Below, piece after piece: positions 1-12,849 of a stretch of 64,000 nt of DNA. The position numbers were made by a program, and so were the translations under genes. Location of the stretch: the NCBI GenBank assembly GCA_040954595.2, contig CM082579.2, positions 14,608,550 to 14,672,549 on the forward strand, in the 5' to 3' direction. Positions within the stretch are counted from its first letter, which is position 1; the number at the start of each line of letters is the position of its first letter. This DNA comes from Balanoglossus misakiensis (taxonomy: Eukaryota > Animalia > Hemichordata). Under the pieces are notes generated by a model. That model was not told the origin of the DNA. It did not search any database and saw only the letters and a program-made list of their open reading frames with translations.

Positions 1-86
1 CTCAGTGTGAGGTGTTCAGCGATTGCATCTGATAAGTCGAAAATGCTTGATCACGTGTCATGTTCAGTTGGGAAATTGGATATGTC

Positions 87-348
87 TCAGGCCAAAAAAA
101 CTAATATGTGCTATTCCGATTACATGGTTTTCAAAAATATTGTAGGTAGAAAGGGACATTTTTTTATTTTTCAATTTTTTTTATATCTTTGGCCGTCGTA
201 GTGTAGAAGAATGACATCATAGTTCTTGCGTGATTCTCGCAATTTTCATGAATTGTTTTATATTTGACATCGTTATTTTTACTTCCGGTTTGCGAAGATC
301 TAAACTGTTTTGGGTCGGCGGGCTAAAATTAGGGTAGTTCGGGTAATC
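87..348. mobile_element. Possible truncated MITE / non-autonomous DNA transposon fragment
   Basis: Starts aggccaaaaaaa...ttccgattac and carries two (tagg)gtag(g/t)t motifs. Ends in gtaatcg, the reverse complement of cgattac, so the right TIR would be incomplete. Resemblance to invertebrate MITEs is from recall only. Confidence 0.3.
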
Positions 349-521
349 GTTATGACATTGGGAGCTACGGCTGCAAAGCCATGTGTCTCGTGCGAAAAGG
401 GCCCTTAACCTTTTGCAATATTTAACAGCAAACAACAGACAGTTTTGAGAATAAAAGGTTTCCGTCGTGTCTGACTTTCATATCGCATTAATAGCATATC
501 CCTAATTTTAAAGAAATTAGG

Positions 522-750
522 AGAGACAGAGTGAAACAGGCAGAGTGGCAGACAGACACAAGCAGACAGACAGAGCAACATTCATCAGTAGAGACACTCA
601 CCGGTCGCTCGCTCGCTCGCTCGCTCACTCTCTCTCTCAGAGAGAGGGGGCAGACAGTCAGACAGACCGACGTTGACAGACAGTCAGTAAGTCAGTCAGC
701 CAGTTAATCAGTCAGTCAGACGTCAAAGACACAGTGACACAAACACAGCG
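522..750. repeat. Compound microsatellite (GACA / GCTC / CT / TCAG)
   Basis: gacagacaga, cgctcgctcgctcgc, ctctctctc and cagtcagtcag tracts; also present in the second copy at ~62632-62815. Confidence 0.8.
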
Positions 751-3700
751 AGGGAGACAACAGGACCTTTCATGCTTAAACCCCTGTTCTTCTGTTATAA
801 ACTTTGAAAACCGTTCGTTTTCAGACTGCAGATTGCTCGAATAACGCGACACACTGCCGAAACAATAAAACAAATACTAGTGGGAGCTCATAAAATAAAA
901 TCGCTCAACCATTCCGTCGTCCTGAGTGACCTCAGCCACATTAATTCCGACGTCTTTTTAGGGTCATGAAAAAAGTCACAAATAAGGTATTTCCCCTAGG
1001 TCCACCTGAAGCAAAAAGTTTTCGTTTCGACTCCATCATTCCGAATAGTAAGAAAGCAACAAAATTGAAAAGACAGATGTAAAATGCAATCTCTCTCACG
1101 TGGTAACGTTTGTAACTATGGCAATCACGGTACGTGTTCAGTACACAGACAGGGAGAAAAGTTTCTCCATGCAATACATGTGTTCAGTAAGGTTTGACCT
1201 TGGTTTTACTTTGTACCATGATCGCCGCTTTCTAAGCATGGATGAACGACGGCGGTCAGACCCAATCGAACCCTTTCATGTCAGATGACCACGGTATCTC
1301 CAGTGTGAGATGACATTTGACAAACCATTTGATTTCAACAAAATCTTCGCGTCGTCAACGCGTCGCATACCAGTCGCATATCGGTATTTACCCAATCATA
1401 AAAGTTGGAAATTCGGGAGACTCGATCTGCAACCAAGTTGAGAGTAAATTTTGACGTTTGACTATTGGCAAGTAAACAGGTTACACAATGACTTGTCGGT
1501 TTTTCCTCCGTCATGGTCGTTCTTGACCCAAGTGTCCTTCCTTGACATTTAGACACACCTTGCGGTATGACCTTGGTGGTCATGTGCAATTAGTTTTCTT
1601 GTATAAGACGCTTTTCATGCCGGGGTAGACGACTTGTGCGTGGATCATCAACATTTCAGTGATATTTCAACGCAAAGTTTTAGCAATATTGAGAAAACAG
1701 ATAGTGAGGTGTCAAATGCATATCAATGTACGAAAATTAGGTCAAGCCACCCGACAGCAACCGCTTTCACACAGTGTCGGACGTTGCACGGAATGTGAAA
1801 CGTTACACTGCTTCGGCCGTTCACATGCACCTGGGCGTGGTTTTGATTGATGGTCAAACGCCCCCACTTACTTTGGGCGTTTTCAATGGTAAATGTGTCG
1901 TATTGATCGAAACCTTGCCGTAAACACATTTTTTTTGCTGAATCAACATTCAGAGTTCAGCCGTCTAGTTAACGAAGTATTGAAATAAGCCACTTGTTCA
2001 TCATTTTTTGTCTGTCAAACGTGTTTATTCGGACAGGGACCGGCCGCCAATGAGTGGTTTAGGGAGCCCACACGTACACTCTGGTACCTGGACAATTAAC
2101 AAAGACATGACGTGTGTACCGTCCGGTTCGAAAAGATTGGTTTAAGGTAGTCCTGGTAACAGTCATCCTAACGAGGCCAGGGGAGGTCTCCAAGGGCGAA
2201 ATAAACAAAGCTACCGATGACGAGTCAATTCGAATCGGACGATGCTTGTTTTCGACTTTGCAAAATCTCAAAATTTCGTCGAGTTTTGAAAAAAAATCAT
2301 GGGTGAAAATGCATCAAAAAATGAGAAATTTTCGACTTTGCAAAATCTCAAAATTTCGTCAATTTTGAAAAAAATCATGGGTGAAAATCATCAAAAAATG
2401 ACAAATTTTCGACTTTGCAAAATCTCAAAATTTCGTCGATTTTTGAAAAAAATCATGGGTGAAAATCATCAAAAAAATGACAAATTTTCGACTTTGCAAA
2501 ATCTCAAAATTTTGTTGATTTTTGAAAAAAATCATAGGTGAAAATCATCAAAAAATGACAAATTTTCGCCTTTGCAAAATCTCAAAATTTCGTCGATTTT
2601 TGAAGAAAATCATGGGTGAAAATCATCAAAAAATGACAAATTTTCGACTTTGCAAAATCTCAAAATTTTTTCGATTTTTGAAAAAAGACATGGGTGAAAA
2701 TCATCAAAAAATGACAAATTTTCGACTTTGCAAAATCTCAAAATTTCGTCGATTTTTGAAAAAAATCATGGGGGAAAATCATGAAAAAAATGACAAATTT
2801 TCCTCTTTGCAAAATCTCAAAATTTCGTCGATTTTTAAAAAAAGACATGGGTGAAAATCATCAAAAAATAACAAATTTTCGACTTTGCAAAATCTCAAAA
2901 TTTCGTCCATTTTTGAAAAAAAATCATGGGTAAAAATCATCAAAAAATGACAAATTTTGAAAAAAAAACGGGTGAAAATCATCAAAATATGACACATTTT
3001 CGACTTTGCAAAATCTCAAAATTTCGTCGATTTTTGAAAAAAAATCATGGGTGAAAATCATCAAAAAATGACAAATTTTCGTCTTTGCAAAATCTCAAAA
3101 TTTCGTCCATTTCTGAAAAAAAATTATGGGTAAAAATCATCAAAAATGACAAATTTTCATCTTTGCAAAATCTCAAATTTTCGTCGATTTTTGAAAAAAA
3201 ATCATGGTTGAAAATCATCAAAAAATGACAAAATTTTCGACTTTGCAAAATCTCAAAATTTCGTCGATTTTTGAAAAAAATCATGGGGGAAAATCATGAA
3301 AAAATGACAAATTTTCCTCTTTGCAAAATCTCAAAATTTCGTCGATTTTTGAAAAAAAATCATGGGTGAAAATCATCAAAAAATGACAAATTTTCGTCTT
3401 TGCAAAATCTCAAAATTTCGTCCATTTTTGAAAAAAATCATGGGTGAAAATCATCAAAAAATGACAAATTTTCGACTTTGCAAAATCTCAACATTTCGTC
3501 AATTTTTGAAAAAATCATGGGAGAAAATCATCAAAAAATGACAAATTTTCGACTTTGCAAAATCTCAAAATTTCGTCGATTTTGAAAAAAATCATAGGTT
3601 CGTCGATTTTAAAAAAAAAAACATGGGTGAAAATCATCAAAAAATGACAAATTTTGATAAAAAAAAACGGGTGAAAATCATCAAAAAATGACACATTTTC

Positions 3701-6700
3701 CTCTGCAAAATCTCAAAATTTCGTCGTTTTTTGAAAAAAAATCATGGGTGAAAATCATCAAAAAATGACAAATTTTCGTCTTTGTAAAATCACAAAATTT
3801 CGTCGATTTTTGATAAAAATCATGGGGGAAAATCATGAAAAAATGAAAAATTTTCCTCTTTGCAAAATCTCAAAATTTCGTCGATTTTTGAAAAAAAATC
3901 ATGGGTGAAAATCATCAAAAAATGACAAATTTTCGTCTTTGCAAAATCTCAAAATTTCGTCCATTTTTGAAAAAAAATCATGGGTAAAAATCATCAAAAA
4001 TGACAAATTTTCGTCTATGCAAAATCTCAAATTTTCGTCGATTTTTGAAAAAAAATCATGGTTGAAAATCATCAAAAAATGACAAAATTTTCGACTTTGT
4101 AAAATCACAAAATTTCGTCGATTTTGAAACAAATCATAGGTTCGTCGATTTTTTTAAAAAAAACATGGGTGAAAATCATCAAAAAATGACAAATTTTGAA
4201 AAAAAAACGGGTGAAAATCATCAAAAAATGACACATTTTCGTCGACTTTGCAAAATCTCAAAATTTCGTCGATTTTTGAAAAAAATCATGGGGGAAAATC
4301 ATGAAAAAATGACAAATTTTCCTCTGCAAAATCTCAAAATTTCGTCGATTTTTGAAAAAAAATCATGGGTGAAAATCATCAAAAAATGACAAATTTTCGT
4401 CTTTGCAAAATCTCAAAATTTCGTCCATTTTTGAAAAAAAATCATGGGTAAAAATCATCAAAAATGACAAATTTTCGTCTATGCAAAATCTCAAATTTTC
4501 GTCGATTTTTGAAAAAAAATCATGGTTGAAAATCATCAAAAAATGACAAAATTTTCGACTTTGTAAAATCACAAAATTTCGTCGATTTTGAAACAAATCA
4601 TAGGTTCGTCGATTTTTTTAAAAAAAACATGGGTGAAAATCATCAAAAAATGACAAATTTTGAAAAAAAAACGGGTGAAAATCATCAAAAAATGACACAT
4701 TTTCGTCGACTTTGCAAAATCTCAAAATTTCGTCGATTTTTGAAAAAAATCATGGGGGAAAATCATGAAAAAATGACAAATTTTCCTCTGCAAAATCTCA
4801 AAATTTCGTCGATTTTTAAAAAAAGACATTGGTGAAAATCATCAAAAAAAAACAAATTTTCGACTTTGCAAAATCTCAAAATTTCGTCCATTTTTGAAAA
4901 AAAATCATGGGTAAAAATCATCAAAAAATGACAAATTTTCGTCTTTGCAAAATCTCACAATTTCGTCGATTTTTGAAAACAATCATGTGTGAAAATCATC
5001 AAAAAATGACAAATTTTCGACTTTGCAAAATCTCAAAATTTCGTCAATTTTTGAAAAAATCATGGGTGAAAATCATCAAAAAATGACAAATTTTCGTCTT
5101 TGCAAAATCTCAAAATTTCGTCCATTTTAAAAAAAAAACGGGGGAAAATCATCAAAAAATGACAAATTTTCGACTTTGCAAAATCTCAAAATTTCGTCGA
5201 TTTTTGAAAAAAATCATGGGTGAAAATCATCAAAAAATGACAAATTTTTGACTTTGCAAAATCTCAAAATTTCGTCAATTTTTGAAAAAATCATGGGTGA
5301 AAATCATCAAAAAATGACAAATTTTCGTCTTTACAAAATCTCAAAATTTCGTCGGTTTTTGAAAAATAATATGGGTGAAAATCATCAAAAAATGACAAAT
5401 TTTTGACTGCAAAATCTCAAAATTTCGTCGATTTTTGAAAAAAATCATGGGTGAAAATCATCAAAAAATGACAAATTTTCGACTTTGCAAAATCTCAAAA
5501 TTTCGTCGGTTTTGAAAAAAATCATGGGTTCGTCGATTTTTTTAAATAAAAACATGGGTAAAAATCATCAAAAAATGACAAATGTTCGACTTTGCAAAAT
5601 CTAAAAATTTCGTCGATTTTTGAAAAAAAATCATGGGTGAAAATCATCAAAAAATGACAAATTTTCGTCTTTGCAAAATCTCAAAATTTCGTCCATTTTT
5701 GAAAAAAAATCATGGGTAAAAATCATCAAAAATGACAAATTTTCGACTTTGCAAAATCTCAAAATTTTGTTGATTTTTGAAAAAAATCATAGATGAAAAT
5801 CATCAAAAAATGACAAATTTTCGACTTTGCAAAATCTCAAAATTTCGTCGATTTTTGAAGAAAATCATGGGTGAAAATCATCAAAAAATGACAAATTTTG
5901 AAAAAAAAACGGGTGAAAATCATCAAAAAATGACAAATTTTCCTCTTTGCAAAATCTCAAAATTTCGTCGATTTTTGAAAAAAATCATGGGTGAAAATCA
6001 TGAAAAAATGACAAATTTTCCTCTTTGCAAAATCTCAAAATTTCGTCGTTTTTTGAAAAAAAATCATGGGTGAAAATCATCAAAAAATGACAAATTTTCG
6101 TCTTTGCAAAATCTCAAAATTTCGTCCATTTTAGAAAAAAAATCATGGGTAAAAATCATCGAAAATGACAAATTTTCGTCTTTGCAAAATCTCAAATTTT
6201 CGTCGATTTTTGAAAAAAATCATGGGGGAATATCATGAAAAAATGACAAATTTTAAAAAAAAAAACTGGTGAAAATCATCAAAAAATGACACATTTACGA
6301 CTTTGCAAAATCTCAAAATTTCGTCGATTTTTGAAAAAAAATCATGGGTGAAAATCATCAAAAATGACAAATTTTCGTCTTTGCAAAATCTCAAATTTTC
6401 GTCGATTTTTGAAAAAAAATCATGGTTGAAAATCATCAAAAAATGACAAAATTTTCGACTTTGTAAAATCACAAAATTTCGTCGATTTTTGAAAAAAATC
6501 ATGGGGGAAAATCATGAAAAAATGACAAATTTTCCTCTTTGCAAAATCTCAAAATTTCGTCCATTTTTGAAAAAAAATCATGGGTAAAAATCATCAAAAA
6601 TGACAAATTTTTGTCTTTGCAAAATCTCAAATTTTCGTCGATTTTTGAAAAAAAATCATGGTTGAAAATCATCAAAAAATGACAAAATTTTCAACTTTGT

Positions 6701-9700
6701 AAAATCACAAAATTTCGTCGATTTTGAAAAAAATCATAGGTTCGTCGATTTTTTAAAAAAAAAACGGGTGAAAATCATCAAAAAATGACACATTTTCGTC
6801 GACTTTGCAAAATCTCAAAATTTCGTCGATTTTTGAAAAAAATCATGGGGGAAAATCATGAAAAAATGACAAATTTTCCTCTTTGCAAAATCTCAAAATT
6901 TCGTCGATTTTTAAAAAAAGACATGGGTGAAAATCATCAAAAAATAACAAATTTTCGACTTAGCAAAACCTCAAAATTTCGTCCATTTTTGAAAAAAAAT
7001 CATGGGTAAAAATCATCAAAAAATGACAAATTTTCGTCTTTGCAAAATCTCACAATTTCGTCGATTTTTGAAAAAAATCATGTGTGAAAATCATCAAAAA
7101 ATGACAAATTTTCGACTTTGCAAAATCTCAAAATTTCGTCAATTTTTGAAAAAATCATGGGTGAAAATCATCAAAAAATAACAAATTTTCGTCTTTGCAA
7201 AATCTCAAAATTTCGTCCATTTAAAAAAAAAAACATGGGGGAAAATCATCAAAAAATGACAAATTTTCGACTTTGCAAAATCTCAAAATTTCGTCGATTT
7301 TTGAAAAAAATCATGGGTGAAAATCATCAAAAAATGACAAATTTTCGACTTTGCAAAATCTCAAAATTTCGTCAATTTTTGAAAAAAATCATGGGAGAAA
7401 ATCATCAAAAAATGACAAATTTTGAAAAAAAAAACGTGTGAAAATCATCAAAAAATGACACATTTTCCTCTGCAAAATCTCAAAATTTCGTCGTTTTTTG
7501 AAAAAAAATCATTGGTGAAAATCATCAAAAAATGACAAATTTTCGTCTTTGCAAAATCTCAAAATTTCGTCCATTTTTGAAAAAAAATCATGGGTAAATA
7601 TCATCAAAAATGACAAATTTTCGTCTTTGCAAAATCTCAAATTTTCGTCGATTTTTGAAAAAAATCATGGGGGAAAATCATGAAAAAATGACAAATTTTC
7701 CTCTTTGCAAAATCTCAAAATTTCGTCGATTTTTGAAAAAAATCATGGGTGAAAATCATGAAAAAATGACAAATTTTCCTCTTTGCAAAATATCAAAATT
7801 TCGTCGTTTTATGAAAAAAAATCATGGGTGAAAATCATCAAAAAATGACAAATTTTCGTCTTTGCAAAATCTCAAAATTTCGTCCATTTTTGAAAAAAAA
7901 TCATGGGTAAAAATCATCAAAAATGACAAATTTTCGTCTTTGCAAAATCTCAAATTTTCGTCGATTTTTGAAAAAAATCATGGGGGAAAATCATGAAAAA
8001 ATGACAAATTTTCCTCTTTGCAAAATCTCAAAATTTCGTCGATTTTTTAAAAAAATCATGGGTGAAAATCATGAAAAAATGACAAATTTTCCTCTTTGCA
8101 AAATATCAAAATTTCGTCGTTTTATGAAAAAAAAATCATGGGTGAAAATCATCAAAAAATAACAAATTTTCGTCTTTGCAAAATCTCACAATTTCGTCGA
8201 TTTTTGAAAAAAATCATGTGTGAAAATCATCAAAAAATGACAAATTTTCGACTTTGCAAAATCTCAAAATTTCGTCAATTTTTGAAAAAATCATGGGTGA
8301 AAATCATCAAAAAATAACAAATTTTCGTCTTTGCAAAATCTCAAAATTTCGTCCATTTAAAAAAAAAAAACATGGGGGAAAATCATCAAAAAATGACAAA
8401 TTTTCGACTTTGCAAAATCTCAAAATTTCGTCGATTTTTGAAAAAAATCATGGGTGAAAATCATCAAAAAATGACAAATTTTCGACTTTGCAAAATCTCA
8501 AAATTTCGTCAATTTTTGAAAAAAATCATGGGAGAAAATCATCAAAAAATGACAAATTTTGAAAAAAAAAACGTGTGAAAATCATCAAAAAATGACACAT
8601 TTTCCTCTGCAAAATCTCAAAATTTCGTCGTTTTTTGAAAAAAAATCATTGGTGAAAATCATCAAAAAATGACAAATTTTCGTCTTTGCAAAATCTCAAA
8701 ATTTCGTCCATTTTTGAAAAAAAATCATGGGTAAATATCATCAAAAATGACAAATTTTCGTCTTTGCAAAATCTCAAATTTTCGTCGATTTTTGAAAAAA
8801 ATCATGGGGGAAAATCATGAAAAAATGACAAATTTTCCTCTTTGCAAAATCTCAAAATTTCGTCGATTTTTGAAAAAAATCATGGGTGAAAATCATGAAA
8901 AAATGACAAATTTTCCTCTTTGCAAAATATCAAAATTTCGTCGTTTTATGAAAAAAAATCATGGGTGAAAATCATCAAAAAATGACAAATTTTCGTCTTT
9001 GCAAAATCTCAAAATTTCGTCCATTTTTGAAAAAAAATCATGGGTAAAAATCATCAAAAATGACAAATTTTCGTCTTTGCAAAATCTCAAATTTTCGTCG
9101 ATTTTTGAAAAAAATCATGGGGGAAAATCATGAAAAAATGACAAATTTTCCTCTTTGCAAAATCTCAAAATTTCGTCGATTTTTTAAAAAAATCATGGGT
9201 GAAAATCATGAAAAAATGACAAATTTTCCTCTTTGCAAAATATCAAAATTTCGTCGTTTTATGAAAAAAAAATCATGGGTGAAAATCATCAAAAAATAAC
9301 AAATTTTCGACTTTGCAAAATCTCAAAATTTCGTCCATTTTTGAAAAAAAATCATGGGTAAAAATCATCAAAAAATGACAAATTTTGAAAAAAAACCGGG
9401 TGAAAATCATCAAAAAATGACACATTTTCGACTTTGCAAAATCTCAAAATTTCGTCAATTTTTGAAAAAAAATCATGGGTGAAAATCATCAAAAAATGAC
9501 AAATTTTCGTCTTTGCAAAATCTCAAAATTTCGTCCATTTCTGAAAAAAAATTATGGGTAAAAATCATCAAAAATGACAAATTTTCATCTTTGCAAAATC
9601 CCAAATTTTCGTCGATTTTTGAAAAAAAATCATGGTTGAAAATCATCAAAAAATGACAAAATTTTCGACTTTGCAAAATCTCAAAATTTGGTCGATTTTT

Positions 9701-12700
9701 GAAAAAAATCATGGGGGAAAATCATGAAAAAATGACAAATTCTCCTCTTTGCAAAATCTCAAAATTTCGTCGATTTTTGAAAAAAAATCATGGGTGAAAA
9801 TCATCAAAAAATGACAAATTTTCGTCTTTGCAAAATCTCACAATTTCGTCGATTTTTGAAAAAAATCATGGGAGAAAATCATCAAAAAATGACAAATTTT
9901 CGACTTTGCAAAATCTCAACATTTCGTCGATTTTTGAAAATAATCATGGGTGAAAATCATCAAAAAATGACAAATTTTCGACTTTGCAAAATCTCAACAT
10001 TTCGTCGATTTTTGAAAAAAATCATGGGTGAAAATCATCAAAAAATGACAAATTTTCGACTTTGCAAAATCTCAACATTTCGTCAATTTTTGAAAAAAAT
10101 AATGGGTGAAAATCATCAAAAAATGACAAATTTTCGACTTTGCAAAATCTCAACATTTCGTCGATTTTTGAAAAAAATCATGTGTGAAAATCATCAAAAA
10201 ATGACAAATTTTCGACTTTGCAAAATCTCAAAATTTCGTCAATTTTTGAAAAAATCATGGGTGAAAATCATCAAAAAATAACAAATTTTCGTCTTTGCAA
10301 AATCTCAAAATTTCGTCCATTTAAAAAAAAAAACATGGGGGAAAATCATCAAAAAATGACAAATTTTCGACTTTGCAAAATCTCAAAATTTCGTCGATTT
10401 TTGAAAAAAATCATGGGGGAAAATCATCAAAAAATGACATATTTTCGACTTTGCAAAATCTCAAAATTTCGTCGATTTTTGAAAAAAATCATGGGAGAAA
10501 ATCATCAAAAAATGACAAATTTTGAAAAAAAAAACGGGTGAAAATCATCAAAAAATGACACATTTTCCTCTGCAAAATCTCAAAATTTCGTCGTTTTTTG
10601 AAAAAAAATCATTGGTGAAAAACATCAAAAAATGACAAATTTTCGTCTTTGCAAAATCTCAAAATTTCGTCCATTTTTGAGAAAAAATCATGGGTAAAAA
10701 TCATCAAAAATGACAAATTTTCGTCTTTGCAAAATCTCAAATTTTCGTCGATTTTTGAAAAAAATCATGGGGGAAAATCATGAAAAAATGACAAATTTTC
10801 CTCTTTGCAAAATCTCAAAATTTCGTCGATTTTTGAAAAAAATCATGGGTGAAAATCATGAAAAAATGACAAATTTTCCTCTTTGCAAAATATCAAAATT
10901 TCGTCGTTTTATGAAAAAAAATCATGGGTGAAAATCATCAAAAAATGACAAATTTTCGTCTTTGCAAAATCTCAAAATTTCGTCCATTTTTGAAAAAAAA
11001 TCATGGGTAAAAATCATCAAAAATGACAAATTTTCGTCTTTGCAAAATCTCAAATTTTCGTCGATTTTTGAAAAAAATCATGGGGGAAAATCATGAAAAA
11101 ATGACAAATTTTCCTCTTTGCAAAATCTCAAAATTTCGTCGATTTTTGAAAAAAATCATGGGTGAAAATCATGAAAAAATGACAAATTTTCCTCTTTGCA
11201 AAATATCAAAATTTCGTCGTTTTATGAAAAAAAATCATGGGTGAAAATCATCAAAAAATAACAAATTTTCGACTTTGCAAAATCTCAAAATTTCGTCCAT
11301 TTTTGAAAAAAAATCATGGGTAAAAATCATCAAAAAATGACAAATTTTGAAAAAAAAACGGGTGAAAATCATGAAAAAATGACAAATTTTCGACTTTGCA
11401 AAATCTCAAAATTTCGTCAATTTTTGAAAAAAAATCATGGGTGAAAATCATCAAAAAATGACAAATTTTCGTCTTTGCAAAATCTCAAAATTTCGTCCAT
11501 TTCTGAAAAAAAATTATGGGTAAAAATCATCAAAAATGACAAATTTTCATCTTTGCAAAATCCCAAATTTTCGTCGATTTTTGAAAAAAAATCATGGTTG
11601 AAAATCATCAAAAAATGACAAAATTTTCGACTTTGCAAAATCCCAAATTTTCGTCGATTTTTGAAAAAAAATCATGGTTGAAAATCATCAAAAAATGACA
11701 AAATTTTCGACTTTGCAAAATCTCAAAATTTGGTCGATTTTTGAAAAAAAATCATGTGTGAAAATCATCAAAAAATGACAAATTTTCGACTTTGCAAAAT
11801 CTCAAAATTTCGTCAATTTTTGAAAAAATCATGGGTGAAAATCATCAAAAAATAACAAATTTTCGTCTTTGCAAAATCTCAAAATTTCGTCCATTTAAAA
11901 AAAAAAACATGGGGGAAAATCATCAAAAAATGACAAATTTTCGACTTTGCAAAATCTCAAAATTTCGTCGATTTTTGAAAAAAATCATGGGGGAAAATCA
12001 TCAAAAAATGACAAATTTTCGACTTTGCAAAATCTCAAAATTTCGTCGATTTTTGAAAAAAATCATGGGTGAAAATCATCAAAAAATGACAAATTTTCGA
12101 CTTTGCAAAATCTCAAAATTTCGTCAATTTTTGAAAAAAATCATGGGAGAAAATCATCAAAAAATGACAAATTTTGAAAAAAAAAACGGGTGAAAATCAT
12201 CAAAAAATGACACATTTTCCTCTGCAAAATCTCAAAATTTCGTCGTTTTTTGAAAAAAAATCATTGGTGAAAAACATCAAAAAATGACAAATTTTCGTCT
12301 TTGCAAAATCTCAAAATTTCGTCCATTTTTGAGAAAAAATCATGGGGGAAAATCATGAAAAAATGAAAAATTTTCCTCTTTGCAAAATCTCAAATTTTCG
12401 TCGATTTTTGAAAAAAATCATGGGGGAAAATCATGAAAAAATGACAAATTTTCCTCTTTGCAAAATCTCAAAATTTCGTCGATTTTTGAAAAAAATCATG
12501 GGTGAAAATCATGAAAAAATGACAAATTTTCCTCTTTGCAAAATATCAAAATTTCGTCGTTTTATGAAAAAAAATCATGGGTGAAAATCATCAAAAAATG
12601 ACAAATTTTCGTCTTTGCAAAATCTCAAAATTTCGTCCATTTTTGAAAAAAAATCATGGGTAAAAATCATCAAAAATGACAAATTTTCGTCTTTGCAAAA

Positions 12701-12849
12701 TCTCAAATTTTCGTCGATTTTTGAAAAAAATCATGGGGGAAAATCATGAAAAAATGACAAATTTTCCTCTTTGCAAAATCTCAAAATTTCGTCGATTTTT
12801 GAAAAAAATCATGGGTGAAAATCATGAAAAAATGACAAATTTTCCTCTT

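Larger units (their letters stand above)
1..1923 (+). repeat. Copy 1 of a long direct repeat (segmental duplication); copy 2 at 62231-64000
   Basis: Near base-for-base match to 62231-64000. ORF-track pairs: 217/62446 (offset 62229), 941/63006, 1100/63165 and 1335/63400 (offset 62065), 1659/63736 (offset 62077). Confidence 0.97.

Noticed and set aside
1-1923. LTR pair of a giant retroelement (with 62231-64000)
   Set aside because: No visible TG...CA ends, primer-binding site, polypurine tract or gag/pol between the copies; the ends lie outside the window, so it is not fully excluded.
7-2368. Short ORFs conserved between the two duplicate copies
   Set aside because: No recognisable domains; conservation reflects recent duplication, and indels disrupt some of them.
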